NCBI GenBank assembly: GCA_964187785.1 | Contig: OZ076413.1 | Location: forward strand, 48,610,001 to 48,674,000 | Direction of reading: 5' to 3' | Source of the DNA: Amphiscolops sp. MND2022 | Taxonomy: Eukaryota | DNA length: 64,000 bases | Shown: piece by piece, positions 59,962 through 64,000 of the stretch | How positions within the stretch are numbered: the stretch's first letter is position 1 | Layout of the letters: the number at the start of each line of letters is the position of its first letter | Program-made: the position numbers and the translations under genes | The notes under the pieces: generated by a model | Told to the model about the DNA's origin: nothing | What the model saw: only the letters and a program-made list of their open reading frames with translations | The model's database searches: none

Positions 59962-62960
59962 CCACAAAACCTACTAATTTACGTTTTTTCCAAAACTGCA
60001 CTACAAAAAAACCATAAACAGTCGTTAATGATTTTTTTGACATCATGATTAATGATCTTTCTTCGAAAAGCCTACTTGAGAATCATTTCTATCATGTTTG
60101 TACATTTTCATCATTCGTAGTACGAAACGTTTTAAAAGGGTGACAAATACTATACTTAAAAAACGAAGTTCTTCGATTTTCCGTCCTATTGGGAGTTTTC
60201 CTGAATCGTTTTTGAAGCAAACACTGCAATTTTTTCTCCAAAAGCGTGTACTAGTTTATTTTTTCGTCTTTGAACGTTTGGAACTCTCAAACATAAGAAC
60301 GCTCTAAGAAATTGTACACAGACTGTATGAAAAACGACAAAAAACTTTTCGGTGTCAACTTGACCTAGAAAAAATCTTTCATTCTTCACAAAAGCTTTGT
60401 CGACAGCGAAAGTTTACTTTTGAATTTTCCGAACATTGTATTCCACGAACTAAATCGAAAACACAAAAACATAAAAACGTAAAAACCTTAAAAACTTTTT
60501 TGTCCATTTCTGTATCACTTTGAGGTATTTTCATTTAAACAAGGCCTTTTTTTTCAAAAAAGTCTCACGGACGGAAAATTCTTCTCTTGTTTAATGTTTT
60601 TTCCATTCTAAGCCACGAAATCAATAAAAAAAATTGATAAAAAGTAGCATAAAAACGTTTTAAAAATTGAAAAACAGCAATTTTTGCCGTTTTTGGGGTT
60701 TTTCGGGGTCATTCAGGGGTCTTTGGGGTCAAGGTCAAGCGAAATGTTAAAAAAAAACAAATTCATATCGCCTGAAACTACATTTATGTCAGTTGAATTC
60801 GTTGGGTGAAACTCTTTAACTGTAAAAAACAGAGCTAATTCAATTATTTTTTGCCTTATGGAAGGTTGGCGGAAAATAATGAAATGCTACATTTTACTCT
60901 GACTTTTCCCCCGTTTGTTTCCAGTTCTGTTGATGACAATTAAAACTATTTCCTTTCTTGTTTTCAAACGAAGTATGGAATTAAGAAGGGTTATGTTTTT
61001 TGCCATACTCGGCTAGAAAAAGATTTGACAACCCCAAAAGCCCTAAATTGGGTTATTTGGCACTATGACACTTTTTTAGTGTAGTAAATAAAAATATTAC
61101 TCCACAACTCTATTTTAAGGAAAACAAGTTACGTAGTATCAATGATGGTTAACGGTGGTAAGCAATGATGGTCATACCATGTACTTATAACTCCGTTACA
61201 TGGTTATGTACTTACATAACTCCGACCTTAGCCATGTTCCTGATAGCTTCAAAAACCAACTGGCAAAAAAGCAAAGTTAAACTGTCAGAATGGCTTGACC
61301 ATCACATTCGCTTTTGCGATTGAAGATATGCTTTTACTGACTGCCAATTGGCCGCCTCAGTTGCCTGAAAAAATTTCAATGGAGTCCAGGGTGCAGTTAT
61401 TTCAGAAAATCTGCGTTGATTGTTGTTGAGTGCGTACTATTTTTGCTCTTGTATACAAATGCTCAGTTATTAGTTATAGTCTTGGAAATGCGAAGAGAAA
61501 CTTGACTAAAATTTAGAAAGTGTCGACATCAACATTTTTCTCTAATTTATTTTGAATGAATGAACGCTTTTAATTTAAAATCGCAACGAAATTTCCGACG
61601 TTTAGTCTTCATTAGTTTGGTAATGAAATGATACTTCTTGCGACAGAAATTCCGCCTTCCATATATGGTCTAGTCTTTGGTCCGCTTGTAAGCACAAACG
61701 TGTATGGCCAGTCTATTATCTGCCTGGGTTCATATAGTATGTTGACGTCAAACAATGATTAGCCTGTTTTTGCATGGGAGGAAGACCCGGATGAATGAAA
61801 AAAAATCGAAAGCTCGTGAAATTTAGAACATGAATGTCCAGAAAATATGATGTTTCGACAAAAAGCGATTTACATTGTTGAATTTAAAAAATATTGGTAG
61901 CCACTTTTGGAAGCCTTGTATCTTATATCCCCATTTGAATTTTTATGAGCATTAGCAATTTTTGTTTCAAGCAAATCCAGTCTAGGCGTGAGGTAAACTC
62001 ATTGTTAAAATTTTTCATTCGAATAGCTGACTTTTTTGAGCAATTATGGGTTTGATGCATCTGGGTTTGTTTGTCATTTGGATATTTTGCTACCATTCCA
62101 ACCCAACCTAGGCCTCCGTTCCATCCTGAATGAATACACAGTATGTGTGGTGATCGACAAACGTCCCGTTTGGAATTTTGCTTCGTCTTAGCTGCCCCTA
62201 AATTGTTATTACTTCGGAGATTCAGAGTGTGCATTTTTGTTCAAACTGTTATGTTGATTTTCTATCAAAAGCAAGTTTATTGCTCAGTATGGGTTCTACG
62301 ACATAGCTGGCGAACTTCACTTAGAGTTTGAACCCTTGTTTGTTCTTAACGCGATATCATGAGAAGTTTCACTGAACTGAAGCACAGCATCACGATGGCG
62401 GTTGAATTGGTATGTCAAGTATAATAACCATCCATCCACTGTGTGAACATAAATTGAATACACCATGCCGAACGGCGTGCTGGTCAAAATGTTCGGTGAG
62501 AGACCGAGTCTCGCTTTATTTCGTCTGCTCATATAAAAATTACGTCGTTTCTTCTACTCTTGGCAACTTTCACTTCAACGTCTGAAAGCTTCAAGAGCTT
62601 GAATGGACTCACTACTCAAACTCAGCAGGTCTAATTTCACCTGTGACCAATTTGGACCATTTGCGCGCACTAGTATTTTACTACAGCCAGTTGAACACAC
62701 TTACGATACTGTCAACTTTTGTAACCTGTTTAGTCAGACTTGAATCTCATTACTAGATTGTCACATTGCACAACCACATTTGTTAAGAAGTCCAGAGTAC
62801 TCAAGCTTGCTGCTGGCTTCTATTTGAGCCAATTTATTCACGATCTTCTCAATTTCTCAGTCTGTGAAGTCATTCAACAAAACTTTAGATCACTTACCAT
62901 GGTGCCAAAGAGTTTTCAGCTCGATAAAAACCGATTCATCACTTTTTAAATTTACCAGTG

Positions 62961-64000
62961 ATGCAAAAAATTTTGTTATTCTTATTTTTAGTATCCGTTT
63001 CCAGGGGTGTTTACCAACCCCTGGAGCAACAGTTCCGCAGCAATGACGTCATCGCAGTAGACCTGGAGTCTGAGAACTGTCTAGTGTCTGCTTACGATGA
63101 GGACTTCATTTACGTCGGATGCAGAAACAGAGTCGCAATAGTGAACGCAATTTCAGGCGAGTTGAATCATCCTGTGTTGTATACACCAACATGTGAGTCA
63201 TTAGAACTAGACTGTCCAGTCAATCAAGTTTTGGCTCTATACCCCCTGAAGAAAAACATCATGACGTGTTTCACAGAGCAGACCAAAGCTTTCGTTTGCA
63301 CTAGATTCCGGAAAGCCAACTCAGTTTCCGGATTCATGATAAAACCGTTCGATGAGAACTTCAGTTTTCGCAGTCTTCTTTTGACCCCAACTTCGCTGAA
63401 CCCTTATTATTTCGACAGTAGAAAAAATTTGTTCATAGGTGGATATTTGGGAACCCCTTTTCCTGAGATAATGAAACTCAACCTGGAAGATGAAAGCAGC
63501 TACACTGCCGCTTTGAAAATAAGTCGAGGTCTCCACGACAAACCTCAACAAATTCTAGCGGGCAAGCCTGAATTTATTGCATTTATTGAAATTGAAGAGT
63601 TCATGTATGTTTTTTTGAATGAAGAATATTTGGAAAACACATTGGAAGTTTCCAGCGCCAATGATCGCACCAAAACCCCGAACGATGGCCTTCAAAGAGC
63701 TCGAGTTATTCGTCTCTGTGCAAACGACGAGCCTTCAAGCTTCAAGCTATGGTCCTATTTCGTGAAAGCCAAGATAAGTTGTTTGAAAAATGACACACTT
63801 TTCACAAGAATTACGTCAGTAGTTTACGACCAAGACGCAAGCTTAATATTTGCCACTTTTTCAGCCCAAAATGAGTTTATTAAGGGCTCAGCGATCTGCA
63901 CTTATGATGTGGCTGCTCTGAACAAGAAGTTTTCAGGCGACCTGTTCGAGTGGATACCAAATGACGAACTTGCGCGAGTAGCAAATTTTGATCCTACTTT
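62961..64000 (+). CDS. Sema-domain protein (semaphorin-like), 5' part; runs off the window end
   Basis: 346 codons with no stop, missing from the ORF track because it is incomplete. Signal peptide MQKILLFLFLVSVSRG, then IYVGCRNRV, PEFIAF, YVFLNE, ARVIRLCAND, WSYFVKAKISC, IFATFS and GSAICTYD. Confidence 0.85.
   Translation, partial: MQKILLFLFLVSVSRGVYQPLEQQFRSNDVIAVDLESENCLVSAYDEDFIYVGCRNRVAIVNAISGELNHPVLYTPTCESLELDCPVNQVLALYPLKKNIMTCFTEQTKAFVCTRFRKANSVSGFMIKPFDENFSFRSLLLTPTSLNPYYFDSRKNLFIGGYLGTPFPEIMKLNLEDESSYTAALKISRGLHDKPQQILAGKPEFIAFIEIEEFMYVFLNEEYLENTLEVSSANDRTKTPNDGLQRARVIRLCANDEPSSFKLWSYFVKAKISCLKNDTLFTRITSVVYDQDASLIFATFSAQNEFIKGSAICTYDVAALNKKFSGDLFEWIPNDELARVANFDPT

Noticed and set aside
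59962..62900. Short ORFs in the AT-rich region upstream of the Sema gene
   Set aside because: No motifs, splice-consistent structure or homology recognised; treated as intergenic or old repeat sequence.

Overview
Repeat-rich, AT-rich eukaryotic DNA with GT-AG introns, probably from an invertebrate animal. Three host genes are supported: a two-exon RBM19/MRD1 gene and, only 204 bp downstream on the same strand, a two-exon Maf-family nucleotide pyrophosphatase (both minus strand, 3.6-7.4 kb), plus the 5' part of a secreted or membrane Sema-domain gene that runs off the right edge. The 5' part of RBM19 is tandemly duplicated as a broken copy. Most of the rest is nested, decayed mobile elements. 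These are a 20.5-kb Ty3/Gypsy element (2.1-kb LTRs, CAAAG TSD) carrying CR1, MULE-type MITE and hAT insertions; CRE-clade retroposon pieces; an APE-type LINE in one full-length and two partial copies; Helentron-like non-autonomous elements; and a second 6-kb Gypsy element. Three signals stand out. (1) The same 31-nt AG-ending sequence caps the 5' end of two unrelated non-LTR retrotransposons, as expected for a trans-spliced leader copied into the genome. (2) The large Gypsy element contains a multi-exon antisense gene. (3) The RBM19-Maf pair has operon-like spacing. All calls come from reading the sequence by eye; no database searches were run.
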